From: Gordius albopunctatus
Taxonomy: Eukaryota
Assembly: GCA_964276515.1 (NCBI GenBank)
Contig: OZ193909.1
Span: 13,578,001 to 13,642,000, forward strand
DNA length: 64,000 nt
Direction: 5' to 3'
In this document: one piece after another, positions 11,701 through 24,988 of the stretch
Layout: every line of letters starts with the position of its first letter
Position numbering within the stretch: the stretch's first letter is position 1
The notes under the pieces: generated by a model
The model's input: the letters and a program-made list of their open reading frames with translations, nothing else
The model's database searches: none
Told to the model about the DNA's origin: nothing
Translations under genes and position numbers: made by a program

Positions 11701-14700
11701 AAAAATTTTGGATTGAGGCAGGCTTGAACTTCGTACTAATTTTTCTCAACGTTTCCATTATATATATGCATGTGGATAGGATTACTTTATTTTCGGGTTG
11801 TTAGGTGATTTGTATTTTATTCAATTGCCTCCTCCTTCCCTTTAGTTAGCCCCATTACAGCAATATCGTAGATAATGATTAAGGTGAGGGAGAACTAGTG
11901 TTGTGAAAATTGCACTTCTGTGCAAAATGTAATATGTGCAAAATGTAATATAGGCAAGGGTTAGGGTTAGATTTAGTGATTTATTTGATAATATGTATTT
12001 ATTTATAAAATAGTATTATACATTTTGATATAACTTATTTTGTTTCAATTAACAATTATAGTATCCTTTTATTACGTAGTTTTTTAGTACATATTACATG
12101 CGTATGAATATGCGTGAAAACCGGTCTCAATTTCTAAAATACGAACGTCTAAACATAAACAAACAGACTAAGGGCAAAGGGGGAGGATTATTAATTAGAA
12201 TTTTTAATTCGCTAGTTAACTGTGGTCCTCTTCAAATATTTTCGCAGCCCGGGTAGCTTAAATCATTTTACACACAGTTTTGCAGTGGCTAATCTAATAT
12301 ATTTACAATAATATTGAAACTTAAATTTTTGTAATATATCTATTCATTTTTGAGTGCGATTGTGCAACCTCGAGTATAAGATACGTATATCAAGCCTTGA
12401 CCGACATCTTAATTGGGCCAACAAGTTTCATTAATTTCCTTTTTTGTTTGAGACGTTTCGGAGACTATACCAAATATAAGATTTTAGAACAGGCATGATA
12501 CCAGTCTATAGTTTTTGGATAAATTTTTGAAAGGGGTGTAAACCTTTAAACACTATGACTTCATTGAATATTATATTACGTTTCTAGAGGTAGCATGAAT
12601 AGTAAAAAAAGTAGTTTAATTAAACCCCACGGATTTTAGGCTTTCTTTCAATTCTCGGAACGAGGATGGCCTCTGTGATAAAGTCAATCTCACGAACAAG
12701 AAACGCAAAACGGAGAACGGCTTCTTACCTCACCCTAATATTGACTGCCCCGAAGGTAACGTCTAGCGCACATATATTTTATGCGCACACATTTCCCCCT
12801 TTATATGTGCCTTTTTTTGTAATGTTTGTCATATAATCTAGTTGGTGATTGTGCTTACTTTTGACACTTAACACCGTAATGCAGTGCATAAAACGGTTTG
12901 AATCTTTCATTAAGACATACAACACGGTATGACCTAATATTTTGTTCGTTTTCTTTTAATTTTGTGTTTGGCGATTTCGTCTACTAGGGGACTTTAAAAT
13001 TTTGAAAAAAAAAATCCTAAATTGGGATTAAGTCGTGCAGCGAGATTTATAACGATATGATAGAAATTATTTTTGCGAACAAAATATTCACAGAATTTAT
13101 TTTGACAGCAATCATCGTTTGGAATATTACAGAGATCTATATTGTATATGTCTAGACTAAGTCTCTGCTATTAAATTACGATTTCTGGTATTGAGCTCCA
13201 CTTAATAACTTGATTTTTACATATAGACACGATAGATTTATTGCCGTATTATATTTCCTGCCCTGGTAAATTTCATTAGTTTAAGGACGAATGACAAAAA
13301 GCATCATGGGCGTGAACAGGATTTGAATCAGAGGGGGTCAATAATAATTTAGGGAGGGGCAAAATTATAATTTCTTGAAATTTAGTTATAATTGTATTAA
13401 ATTTTAAAGTTTTTTTTTATTTGGAGGGGGGGCAGTTGCCCCTCTCTGCCTCCCCCTGGCTACGCCCATGAAGAGTGTTAAACGCAAATATTTCCATTAA
13501 TAGCATTTTTTAATTTGTTTTTATGCTTTCCGCACAAAAGATACAAATAAAAAACTCAATACTTCTTTTTATGGTTTTTTTTTAAATGCAATGTTGTTAG
13601 TCATAAAATTGCATTTCGATTTCTTTCAATCCTATAGTTTCGAAAACTAGCCCAAAAGCTAAGGCATTAACCAACGGGCGCAAAGGCACCGAGGGCGAAA
13701 AACGATACGAAGCCCTGGTTCGGGACCTATTTGAATTGACCGTGACTAACACTCCACCCTTCGACACAGCTGATCGTCCTGAGCATCCATCCATGGGAGT
13801 GGGGGTAGGCGGTCAGATTTTAACGCCCCTAGCGGAATTACTGAAGAGCAGGGCTAATCAGATATTCGAACAAAACAAATACACAGAAGCTATAGCGCTT
13901 TACAATAAAGCCATAGCCTTGAGCCCAAAATCAGCGCTTCTGTTGGGCAATAGGGCAGCTGCCCTCATGAAACGACACTGGTAATCAATTAAAAAGCTAC
14001 GATACTGTTTTACAGGATTTTCTTTGTTGTTGGTAGAGAATTGTAAAGCCATTTTTTTAACCCGAACCCGACCCGAAAGCATTTTAAAATTCTCAACCCG
14101 AAATTGAATCGACCCGGAAGAATTTCTAAATTTTCAACCCTACCCGATGCCGGGTCGGGTTTCGGGTCACCCATGCAGTTCCCTAATTGTTGTTGGTAAT
14201 ATTTTTAAACTTAACATCGCGTGGTTTTAATGGTCCGGGCATGAGGCGAGTATTTTCCATATGGATGCATTAATAATAATTGATTGCAAATAAAACAACA
14301 GCCAGCGCTTGAATATTATTTTAAGCCAAGAAAGTTTTAATTGGGTCTCCGCACATTTAATTTAAGGAACTTAAAGCTAAATTGCTTTTGGAAATTTAGA
14401 CTGTTTTCCGTGATTCCAACGTAGTTAAATTTGACCATTAAAATTCCATCTTTTGGGGCGGCTTTAAAGGGACGGCGACGTATACGCGGCTATGAGGGAT
14501 TGCCTAAGGGCCTTGGAGTTAGACCCGGGTCATTTGAAAGCTCGTTTCAGGATGATCCGTTGCTTGTTGCACTTGGATAAAGTGGCCGAGGCTACCGCTT
14601 GTCTCGAACGTTTCAAGCAAAAATTTCCCGAATACGCCGCTAGCGGAGCTTGCAAAAGTTTGGAAAGCGAAATTGCTTACAAAGAATTCCACGATAAACA

Positions 14701-17700
14701 AGGGCCGGACTCCCCGAAAAACGGTAAATTGAAGAATTCATTACTGAAAATTTGGACATCTTGATTAAAATTAGGAGTTTTTTTTGGGCTCTTATATTGA
14801 AGGTGAAGTTATTTATAATGGCTCTGAAGAAAATTTTTGATCGAACCTGGCATGGGCGGCGTAGCTAGCATTGGAGGGAAGGGCAAAATGATCATTTTTT
14901 TGAAATTTTAGCCATAATTTCGATAAATTTCAACAAATTTTTGGATTTAGAGGGCTCTCTGTCCCGCCCCCTGGCTACGCCCATGAAACCAGGGATATTG
15001 TGTGCCATTAATATAAATTTAAACACCAAAATGCTGCAACAGGGATTAATGGCTTAACAATTGAGCCTATTAAAAGTGGAACTGGATAAAATTAATCAGG
15101 ACCCCGCTATCTAATAATTCATTTAAAAAATATCTATTGAAATTATAGTTTGCTAATATGATCTTGGTGGGTTTGAAATAAGATGTCCTTTTTTGTTGCC
15201 TTAAACTACAAATTTATAAAGTAAATGTTTCAAAAATAATTAATTACACCGGCCAACAAAAGTTATTAACCAAAAAAGGTTAACCGACTTTTATAGAGTT
15301 TTTTGGGTGAACACGGAGATTTTTATACCTCAAGCTTAAAAAAAGGTTAAAATTTGCGAAAATTGGCATTTTGCCCCTTTTTGAAATAATAAGCTTAAAC
15401 TAGAACATCTAAGTTATAAAACCAACTTAAAGCTCGTTGATTAATTTTTGGTATTTTATTGAAAATTATAATTATCTCTACAACTATTACTATACGCTTT
15501 AGACACCTGCTAAGTTGTTGAAACGATTGTCTACCCGTACGGTCCACCCGTAACTAAGACTTTAGTACGTGGACTTGAGACATACTACAACCATGCCAAG
15601 GCCCGTTTTTAATGCACCCTGGCCCGTTAGCCCCCCTCCCCCCGCCCAATTATAAAAAAAATTTTTGCAACATTAAATATGTAATTTTAATGGTATAATG
15701 AATATTGTGTCTCGAGCTATTAGATCTTTTTATTTGTTATACAAATTTTTTCTTGCATAAACGGGGTTGTAACCAAGATTTGGTCGACGTTTATCACTCG
15801 TTAAATCAATCGAATGCTAAGCGTTTAAGATTTTCACGTTATCTTTCACCGTCAAAATTGCCTTTATTTAATCACATTGGCATATTCATTGGTTTTAGAT
15901 AGCGCGACATTTGAATCCACTTCCCTGAGGCCCATGTCTCAAACTCTCGTCGATTTCTTGCGCGACACTGATCCTATCGATGAACTGTTTTTAAATGTAC
16001 CGAGCGGTGAAAACACCATACCCACGGCACAGTCTGAACCCTTGTAAGCCTTTTTTTTTATTAATTTATATCATGTTTCACTCATAATATTTATCCACTT
16101 TTTAGTCGAAAAATTGAAACTAATATAAAATTGGCTGCTAGTCATGACATCGCAAACATGTAGTCAAATATATTCCCTATATTTAAGCTTGAGCATCTTC
16201 AATTACAAGTTGATATTTCTTTATGGTCATACCCGGAATTAATGGTTTCTTCAATACCTAAATGCTCTTTTGCACATCTTTTATTTCATTTTCGCACAAT
16301 TATCATTTAATATAATCCCGTTTAACCGTCATTTTGAAAGGAAAATCAACTATAGATGGCGCTTAAACGAAAATAGTTCTTTCATTGGATTAGTGTTATT
16401 TATTGACTAATTCAATCAGATTATAAGCTAACGATTTGCAATTGGATTGCTAAATAAATCGAAAGTATATATAGATTACCAATATAAAATTAAAATAGTA
16501 CCTTTTCCTTGACACTTTCAAAGTGGCGGGTTAAATGTGGAACACTTTTTTAAAGGGAATGAGCAGTCTATTAGTCTTTCATCACGTAAGATCATATCCA
16601 ACATACATTAATTTCTTGGACAGATTGACCCTTACTCTAATTATACCTTTGTAAATTGCCACTTTTAATTATCCACGCACTTTGTTCTTAAAAATGCCTT
16701 AGTTTGGAGCAAAACAGTTCGGAAACGCGCGTCCCCATGGCCCGTCGTTTGCACTGGGAACTGAGCGCGGGCTTAGGGGCTGCAGATGACGATTTGGAAG
16801 CTGATAACCACGATGGGAACGTCTCGTACACGACCCTTAATTTTAGCGATAATTCTTCCCTCTCCTTCAACACTTACGCAGAGAGGCCATCCGACCCCGC
16901 TGCTCTTAACTCCAAATTTAGGATACCCACGAAGGAGAGAGTGTGGAAAGGGGGCAGTCCAGACTATTCGCGTCGGTTTTGTGGGCATTGCAACACTACC
17001 ACCGATATTAAGGAAGCCAACTTTTTTGGCAGGTATGGCCTTAGTCATGCATGATGAATTAGGGAGGGACAACTATCACCCCCCCCCCCCTTATGGATCC
17101 TAAAATTATTATTATTTATAAAAGTCATTATTTTGCCCCCCCCCCGTTCCCCACTAATTTTAATCCAGGCTAAATTCAATGCTGTCTTTCCATAAAAAAT
17201 TAACGTAATTTGTACAAAAACTATTATATCATATGGGAACATATGAACTGTATTGGAAACTTTTAAGGTCCGCTATCTTATTAAATATGTAATTTAACAT
17301 GGAAAATTCCTTAAATTTAACAGCTGTTCGCACAAAAACGTTATTCAAGATTTAGTATGTATTTAAGTTATTACTAAGCTTTCGTGCAATGAGTCTCACG
17401 ACTTAATTATGTTGAACCCCATTCGATCTTTGTTTTTTAAAGTTCTTTGGATCAAGTAACACGCATGTATTTTGTATTATTGTTGTGGCGCAGCGATGGT
17501 CAATACATAGTGGCCGGATCGGATGACGGATACTTTTTCGTGTGGGACCGTGCTACCACCAATATATGCAGAGTTTTGTTAGCCGACGATTCTATCGTCA
17601 ACTGCCTCCAACCCCACCCCTCCACTTGCTTGCTCGCGACCAGCGGGATCGACCCCGTCATACGCTTGTGGAGCCCCCGACCCGAGGTTATATGCACATA

Positions 17701-18665
17701 AATATATTTTCTGTATGAATTACAAGGAATTATGCTTGGAGTTTTTTTGTAGTAAAATCGAAATGCTTACATTACACTGTATTAGGAATCACGTACTTTT
17801 AATTGTTAAGAAACAATAATTCAAAAAATATTTTTATATCATGTAGTAGCAATCATTTTTTGTTGATCCTCAGATGTCGTCTCGTTTTATAATTTAAATC
17901 TCTTTAAATTAGGAAAAATTGGAAAAAAAGATAGTGAATCACGAGAAAGTTTATGAAAAGCTTTCTTGGCAATAAGAATTCAGTATTTATAAAATAAATG
18001 TGAAAAAGGGATGGCGTTATATTAATGTAATGTTTAAGGTAGGGTAGATTGGGGTTTTGGGATCTCTTTTTAAAAAAACACAACTACTTTTAAACGTCTG
18101 TTATTATGCATTATATGTTCAGGCTTCTTAATTAGATAAATAAATATTAGGATGAAACAAAAGTGACTTTATGCGTTTGTTTTAATTTAAGATAGTGATG
18201 CGTTGGGGTAAAGTGAGCAATATTGATATTGTGGAGGGGGGAAAGGCAAAGAATTCTTAATTTATAACCATCAACGTTTTTACGTTTCCCATTGAGACTT
18301 AAAGCTTAGCCCCTACAATAACCTAATTATTTATTACAGCTTAGGTCCTCCTTTTATTTTAAAGCCCTAAAATTTCTTTCAATTCTTTTTTTTCCTCGCA
18401 GAATAACAAGGAAGAACGCGAGATCGCAGATTCAAACGACGCAGCGGCTGCCAATCAAAAACGTATGAACGCTGACCCTATAGAAGTCATGCTTATGAAC
18501 ATGGGTTATCGCGTTAACAATCCAACCACCACAACTACCTCTTCAACCAATGCCCCCGAATCATCTGATACTACCCAAGCTAGTCGCCATGGAATTAGCC
18601 CAAGAGCGGGTCTGTTTAGGGGCCCCGACATCTCATCAACTACCGTCCATTGCAGGACTAACTAA
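8800..18665 (+). CDS. WDTC1: WD and tetratricopeptide repeats protein 1 (adipose/DCAF9), 14 exons, ~896 aa
   Basis: Manual splice model, all GT-AG with consistent phases: 8800-8859, 8898-8975, 9014-9172, 9251-9438, 9571-9775, 10107-10227, 11117-11351, 12640-12755, 13638-13980, 14470-14723, 15899-16043, 16703-17032, 17494-17686, 18402-18665 (2691 nt). WDTC1 motifs: RLGLEKELEGHNGCVNCLEWN, TYVTFSPDGSELLANLGGEQIYLFD, TPR GNRAAALMKRHWDGD, FCGHCNTTTDIKEANFFG, ANQKRMNADPIEVMLMNMGYR. Exons 8 and 11 rest only on splice sites and frame continuity. Confidence 0.95.
10838..11075 (+). mobile_element. Partial HINE-like copy in WDTC1 intron 6
   Basis: TTCCTATGCAATTTATGGGCTCGC..GTCCGTCC start and internal repeat, reverse complement of the 1983-4383 family. 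Confidence 0.75.
13306..13470. mobile_element. Short hAT-type MITE (CATGGGCGTAGCC family)
   Basis: Termini CATGGGCGT...ACGCCCATG; related copies at ~14850-14985, 22757-22919, 37693-37845, 48079-48185 and 48927-49063. Confidence 0.75.
14034..14184. mobile_element. Short MITE with ACCCG subterminal repeats in WDTC1 intron 9
   Basis: Imperfect TIR TAGAGAATTG/CAGTTCCCTA, flanked by TTGTTGTTGG-like duplicated sequence. Confidence 0.55.
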
Positions 18666-19463
18666 AATGTTTTCTTACATCCCACTTTGTAATATAAAAA
18701 ACACGTTTTTCGTTTGGATATATGGTCGTTCGCTGCGAAATCACTAGGGATTACCTAAAATATTTAAAGAGGTTTTAAAATAAAATTGCACGCGTATTTG
18801 TTTTGAACGGCGGTATTCTAAAGACTATATGCAAGTTTAACCTCAAGCTTTGACGCATTTGAGAATACAAAGTTGTGGATAGCACACTCAGCACCTTTTA
18901 AACATGTTTTGCACAAATATATATTTATTCCTAAATTGGTTATAAAATGATTTGATGGCATGTGTGTAAAGAATGTGTTATAAGGCGCAATTTTCTTCCT
19001 TCGATCCTTTTATAATACGCATACACATTATTTACATGCAAAATTTTATAAACATCTTAAATTCTTCAGGCACATTATATTCTGTATGATCCAAATATAT
19101 ATGTTCAATGTTTGTTACTTGAATTATTTATTATAAACCAAATAAAATAAATTGCTTAAGCCGAAATATGTGAGATTATAAAAACCTGTTATAGGAATTT
19201 CGCTATGCTATTAATATATGTTATATGTTTTTAGGTATTTTAAGACAACTGTATTGTCAAAAAATGTAAGTCACCAATTTAAATCTTTTGGTATTAAATA
19301 TTTGTTTAAGTGTAATATGTCAGAATTTTAAGTACCTTTAAAGTTTATATTATAAATTTTTTTGACAATCAACTTATAAATTTATAATTTTTCACAGCAA
19401 CTATTGTGTTTTTTTGAAAATTACAAGGTTCAAAATCTTTTAATTATTTTCACTTGAAACATA

Positions 19464-20329
19464 GGGGAGACCGGGGCTAGTCGTAGCCCGGGGTTACTAT
19501 TATATTTCTAATTATTTTTAAAAATAATAATGATATATAATTAAAATTTAAACCATATGTGTATTTTCCCATATGGTATAAGTAAATAAATTTTTGTTTA
19601 GAAAAAATAAAATTTAAAATTTTATTGAGAAAAAACGATTTTTCGGGGCTATTAGTAGCCTTTACAAAAAATTTTATTTTGCATATCAAATTTTTTTTGG
19701 CAGAATATTTTGGATTAATTTAACTTTTAATAAAGGGAGATTTTTTATATAAAAACCGTGTAATGATTAAATTTTTATATGCAATATAACATCTTAAATT
19801 ATTAATTGTTTATGAAAATGGGGTCGGGGCCAAAGGTCAGTTTCATTGTGTTTTACAAATTACAAGATTTAAAAAAAACAAAAAATTTGGAATAGAAATA
19901 GACTATTATTATACATTATAAAACGCCTAAAATTTTTTTCCATTGCTAAATCCGTCTTTTAAGTGTTCTTAAGTCAAATTGTCATCTTGATCCCTTTTTA
20001 TTTGTTTTATATAAAATACAATCATATTACATTTGCATTTTTTGATAATGAAACAATCTTTTTATTGATTTGAGTTAGCATACACTAATAAGAAGTAAAA
20101 ACGTCAGAGTTAATCTATGCGCTATGACTATCCCCGGGCGTTTTTGAAATTTTTTGGATTTTTTAAACTTAATCTGTGAGGAAACTATTATTTATTTCCC
20201 TGCAAATTTTTTTCTTATTGTAAAAATAGACCTTAAATATATTCCAACAAAAAAATTGGAAAAATAATTTTTAGTTTTTTTTAGAACGCGATTTAATTTT
20301 TTTATGGCTAAAGTAGCCCCGGTCTCCCC
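19464..20329. mobile_element. pogo/Tc1-mariner-type MITE
   Basis: TIR GGGGAGACCGGGGCTA / TAGCCCCGGTCTCCCC flanked by TA on both sides. Confidence 0.85.
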
Positions 20330-20511
20330 TAATTTCAATTTTTTCATTATAATAAATAATAGATATTGTATTGATTGTACTTGCGGTATAATTAATATTT
20401 GATAAAAATGATATTTTATCCACAATAGATTTTAGTTAAAAATTTGGCTAAATTATAGAAGTATACGGATCTCCTGCGATAATATAGTCACAGAGAAAGT
20501 AGTACGACAAC

Positions 20512-21120
20512 TAGAGACCTGCAAAATCGATTTTTTAAGGTCCGGCCCGGAATTTAAAATGGGGAAATAGCCCGGGCCCGAATTTTAGCATCTTTAAAAA
20601 TAAGGCCCTGCCCGGGTCCGGAATTTTAATAATTGCTAAAAATTAAATCAAACGCAATTTTGCTAAAATTATTTATTAAAAAATAAAACGCGCCTTTGGA
20701 GATGAGTGTTCTCTATTAAGCATTATCAAAATTAACATTAATAAATACCTGATTGGTAAGAATTATAAGATAATACATTCTTGCAAGCTTTGCAGAAAAC
20801 ATAATCTATCTTCATATCCATATTGTCATAGACAAAAAGGAATCTTTTCCATACTTCACTCTTCCCCCTAAGATTTTCTTACCGTGTAAAAATCTTTCTG
20901 GATATATTCAGCTATTTGCAGTAGTTTTCTTCTTTGTTCCATACTCAATTGTTTGTATTATATTGAAAAAAGCGCGAAATAAATAAATGAATGCTTAACA
21001 GATGCAATAACTTGTAATTAATTTTTTGAAATATTTTAAACAGAATCAAAGACTACTTAGGCTACTATCTCTAAATTATTCCGGGCCGGGCCTATTATTT
21101 ATGAATTAGGCCGGGCCCGG
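20512..21120. mobile_element. Degraded hAT-like non-autonomous element
   Basis: TAGAGACCTGCA terminus like the 4873 element; GGCCCGG subterminal repeats at both ends. Confidence 0.5.
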
Positions 21121-21482
21121 AAAGGCATGTGCGCAATTAAACAATCAATTATTATTATTCATAGCACCAAAGTATTATTATATCTTCCGAATGTCTCAGA
21201 GAAGATAATTTCACACCCCCGCCCGTATTTTGTCGAAATTGTTTTAGACGAACTCGATTTCGAGCTTTTTTGAAATTCTCACACTAATAATTGGATTAAT
21301 TTTTAGATATGAAAAATGTCCTAATTATCCAGCCCGAAAATATAAATTGCCCGTTAGGCCCGAATTTATGGAAACCAAGCACCTAATTGACGCGCCAGTT
21401 TTCCTGCGCTTTTTTGCAATTTTATAAATAGGGCTTTCCTCTTTTTCCCTCTATATAGCTCATTTTAAAACTTGAAGAGTTA

Positions 21483-21897
21483 TTATATACTCGGGCCTTC
21501 GGCCCTCGTTAGAAGGGGGAATGACTCATCCATACTCCGTATAAACGTAGCATATTTGCTATGCAATTTATGGGCGATCAAAGGTAGGAAGGGGCGAAAA
21601 TGCCTATAGTGGGGTATAAAATGCAAAATGATTAGTTAATTATTAATTTATACAAATATTTAGAAAGTCAAATGGTATTAACAAGAACAATATATTAATT
21701 TAATTTAAAAAAAATAAAAACGAAAAGTCATATTATCAATGGTATTAACAAGAACAAAATATTAATTTAATTTAAAAATTTTTTTGTCCTCTCCGGGGAT
21801 TGAACCAGCAAGTCAGATAGTTGAAAGACGGTGTAAAAACGTTGGAGAACGGACGGACAACAAAAAGCGAGCCCATAAATTGCATAGCAATTAATAA
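21483..21897 (-). mobile_element. Short complete HINE-like copy
   Basis: Stem-loop CTCGGGCCTTCGGCCCTCG, inverted subterminal repeats 21556-21575 / 21871-21890, GGAC repeat. Confidence 0.8.
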
Positions 21898-23099
21898 TAA
21901 CAACATACATACATAGCAAATAACACAGTGGCGTAAATGAGGGGGGAGGGAAAAATAGTTAATAAGCATAAAATAACTCTAATTTATATGCCATCTAGGA
22001 CACATTTTAAATTAGAGACTAATTTGACCAAATTATACCCGTCGTAAATCGGGCACTCTTTATAAAACCCCAACCGGAATCGTATTAAAAATCTTTATTT
22101 CAACAAAATTTCATAATATAATAAATATTAACAAGAACAAAATATTAATTTAAAAAAAGAATCGTCCTCTCCGGGGATAAACCAAAGAACGACAAATATT
22201 ACGAATTTTCATGACGATTTCTGATAAAATTACAGAGAAGTAAAAATAAGAATTGGTGTTATAAGCTCATGTTATATTATTGTTTAACACATAGTTTACG
22301 TTTAAAAGTTGTTAACGTTTGTTTTAAAATAGCAATTATATTTTTATCCATCAATATATTATTATAGGTAAACAAAATCCCTTAGGTATGAACATTGTAC
22401 TTATGTACTGAATGGAATAGTCAGTGACTGATAAGTTGGCCCGCGCGTTTTGTGCGGATTCATTCCTTTAAGGGGCGAGGGGATTCAGCGCAATCAATCA
22501 AAAAGCTATGCCCCGTCCCCCCCCTCCAGGGGTGGGTATGAATAGTACTGCTGCTGCACTGTGTAAGGAACGTTGTGTATGTGGTGGCAGATTAGATTAA
22601 CCTTGGCAATGAATTCGTTTTATGAGCGCTTGCGCGACGCATTTTTGTCACTCACTGCTGCACTGCTAAACTAACGTTGCTATAATTCTTAACTTGTTAT
22701 AAAGTTAATAGGTGTAGTGTAAAAATATGAATTTTTGCAATAACTTAACAAAAATAAGGGCGTGCCATTGGAATTAGAGAGGGGCAATAATAATTGGGGG
22801 GGGTGCAAAATGATCATTTTTTTAATTTTAGCCATGACTTTAATAAATTTCAACAAAATTTTGAATTTAGGGGGAGGGCAGCCGCCCCTTACTGCCCCCC
22901 ATCCTTGGCTAAGCCCATGAATTTTGAAAGCATATTTTTTGATAAATTACAAAATAATATATTTTCATGGAATTTAAATTGATTTCTTATTGACATATGA
23001 CAAGGAAATGAAAAAGTGTTTACGATTTGTAACTAAGTTACCTGATCATAAATTTCTTTTATGATTCATTAGATGCCGCCCTAATCAACGAAATAAATA

Positions 23100-23586
23100 C
23101 AATTTGGCCAATGGTCATTTTTTCATTGGTCAGTAGCCAGCGGACGGCCAAAAAGTCCTATTATCAATAATATTAACAAGAACAAGATATTAATTTAATT
23201 TAAAAAAAATTTTGCCCTCTTTGGGGATTGAACCAGCAATTAAGAATTTGCCCTCGCCGGGATTCGAACCCACATCAGTAGAGGCATAGGCCCTTCTAGG
23301 GGAGGCAAAGGGTAATTATCAATGTTAACATAATATCCCAATTCAAAAACGAAAAAAAAATTCGATTTATACTTTGGCCAATGGTCATTTTTTCATTGGT
23401 CAGTAGTCAGCGGACGGCCAAAAAGTCACATCATCAATGGTATTAACAAGAACAATATATTAATTTAATTTAAAAAAAAATAAAAATTTTGCCCTCTCCG
23501 GGATTTGAACCAGCAATTAAGAATTTGCCCTCGCCGGGATTCGAACCCACATTTACAGGCATAAGCCTTTGTAGGGGAACAGGGAC
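23100..23586 (-). repeat. Internal tandem repeats of the HINE-like family
   Basis: Two ~270-bp units homologous to 3540-4260. Confidence 0.75.
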
Positions 23587-24045
23587 ATTCAATAATTATC
23601 CTTTGTTATTTATAAAAAAAATGAATAAAATAAACATTTTAGTCAATACAAATTTTTGTTTATCGTTACCAACTGAGTCAATTTTAATGACTCTAAAAGC
23701 CCAAGTGATAGATTACAAATTAAACAATTTAAATGTTAAACACCTCTTTAATTCAAATTAATTGGTTACTTAATTGAATGTGCTAAGATTTTTACCTAAT
23801 TAGGCAAACTAATTGAAATCCCTTATGCAAATGGACATGCTTATTGTGTAAAAAAATAGTGTCATTTGTATGAAGTTCAAAATTATCATATTAATCTTTT
23901 CAATTGGATTTGATATATTTGTCTATATGTCTGATATTCTCATTCAAACAGTTGAGACTGAAACTTCTCCATCAAAATTTTTCACTTTACGTAACAAATT
24001 TTTATGATGTACTTAATAAATTATTTGAATTCATATTGTTCTTAG

Positions 24046-24266
24046 AGTGCAGCCAAAATGCCCTTGATAGGAAAAGATTTATTCAATCTTACAGTTTGGA
24101 TGTAAGAAAATATGTGATTTGCAATGAAGCAGGCAAAGGACAATTAATGGATTGTCCTTATGATTTAATTTTTAATCCATTTTTTCTTGTGTGTACAAAT
24201 CCTAACCAATGGTCAATTAGTTTTGCTAATGCATTTAGACATTGGCAAAAAAACAAAATAAATTAG
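24046..24266 (+). CDS. Terminal exon of a small chitin-binding type-2 (CBM14/peritrophin-A)-like protein; upstream exons unresolved
   Basis: Acceptor ttcttag at 24045, then CSQNALDRKRFIQSYSLDVRKYVICNEAGKGQLMDCPYDLIFNPFFLVCTNP, with a Y-x-x-C...M-x-CP-x-x-L-x-FNP-x4-C pattern like CBM14 (4 Cys). Confidence 0.55.
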
Positions 24267-24317
24267 AACTTTTGTAACAATTAATTTTGAAATTTATTAA
24301 TATCAATATTCTATTTA

Positions 24318-24988
24318 TTAAGATTTATATCTAAGGTGTGATAAAGTTTTGATATAGGATGTATTTTTATAATTTTCATGTAATAGCAACCATTGTTTTA
24401 TATCATTGCCACATGAATAATTTCCTAATTTATTATTGGTTGAATAATTTAAAATACCTAATGCACCATTCTTTTTAATAACTCTATGGCATGGAACAAT
24501 CAATGGTAAGGGATTGTTTCTCATTGCACTGCCAACTACTCTTGATGCTGTAGGGTTAGATGCTAACACAGCTAATTTACAGTATGATATTGTTTTCCCA
24601 TAAGGGACATTTTGTAACAAGGTCTTCCATGTGTGCATATAGAATTGGGCTTAGCACAATATAAATTGACTAGTTAAAAAATAATACATTTTTTACAATG
24701 ATCCCAACAAATAAATTTTTCGGAAAAGATTGGTGCATAACCCTTTTCAAAATAAGCCTTAAACCAGTTCAGTGTATATACAATAGGCTCTATATTTAAA
24801 TCAATTTGATTTTTATCAACTCTAAAAAAAGTGAATTAAAATTTGAAGTCTTACATGGCTGTATGAAAAATATTGGGTTTGGCTATATTAATTGTGTGTA
24901 GTCCTTTAGAACAATATTTTATTTCAAATTCCAAAGGATGGTCAAAAACATGAAATTTAAAAACGGTAGATTTATGCATATTAATCAT
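24318..24988 (-). CDS. MGMT: Methylated-DNA--protein-cysteine methyltransferase (O6-alkylguanine alkyltransferase), 4 exons, ~188 aa
   Basis: Exons 24988-24855, 24821-24688, 24649-24458, 24424-24318; introns 33, 38 and 33 nt. Motifs VPYGKTISY, ASRVVGSAMRNNP, active site PCHRV, GNYSCG..IKQWLLLHE; N-terminal CSKGLHTI and WFKAYF. Alternative start ATG at 24979. Confidence 0.93.

Noticed and set aside
16688..17697. Overlapping antisense and alternate-frame ORFs over WDTC1 exons 12-13
   Set aside because: Shadows of GC-rich coding exons with no independent homology.
23904..24045. N-terminal part of ORF 23904-24266 as a signal peptide
   Set aside because: TTG start and intron-like composition ending in a good acceptor at 24045; more likely intron.
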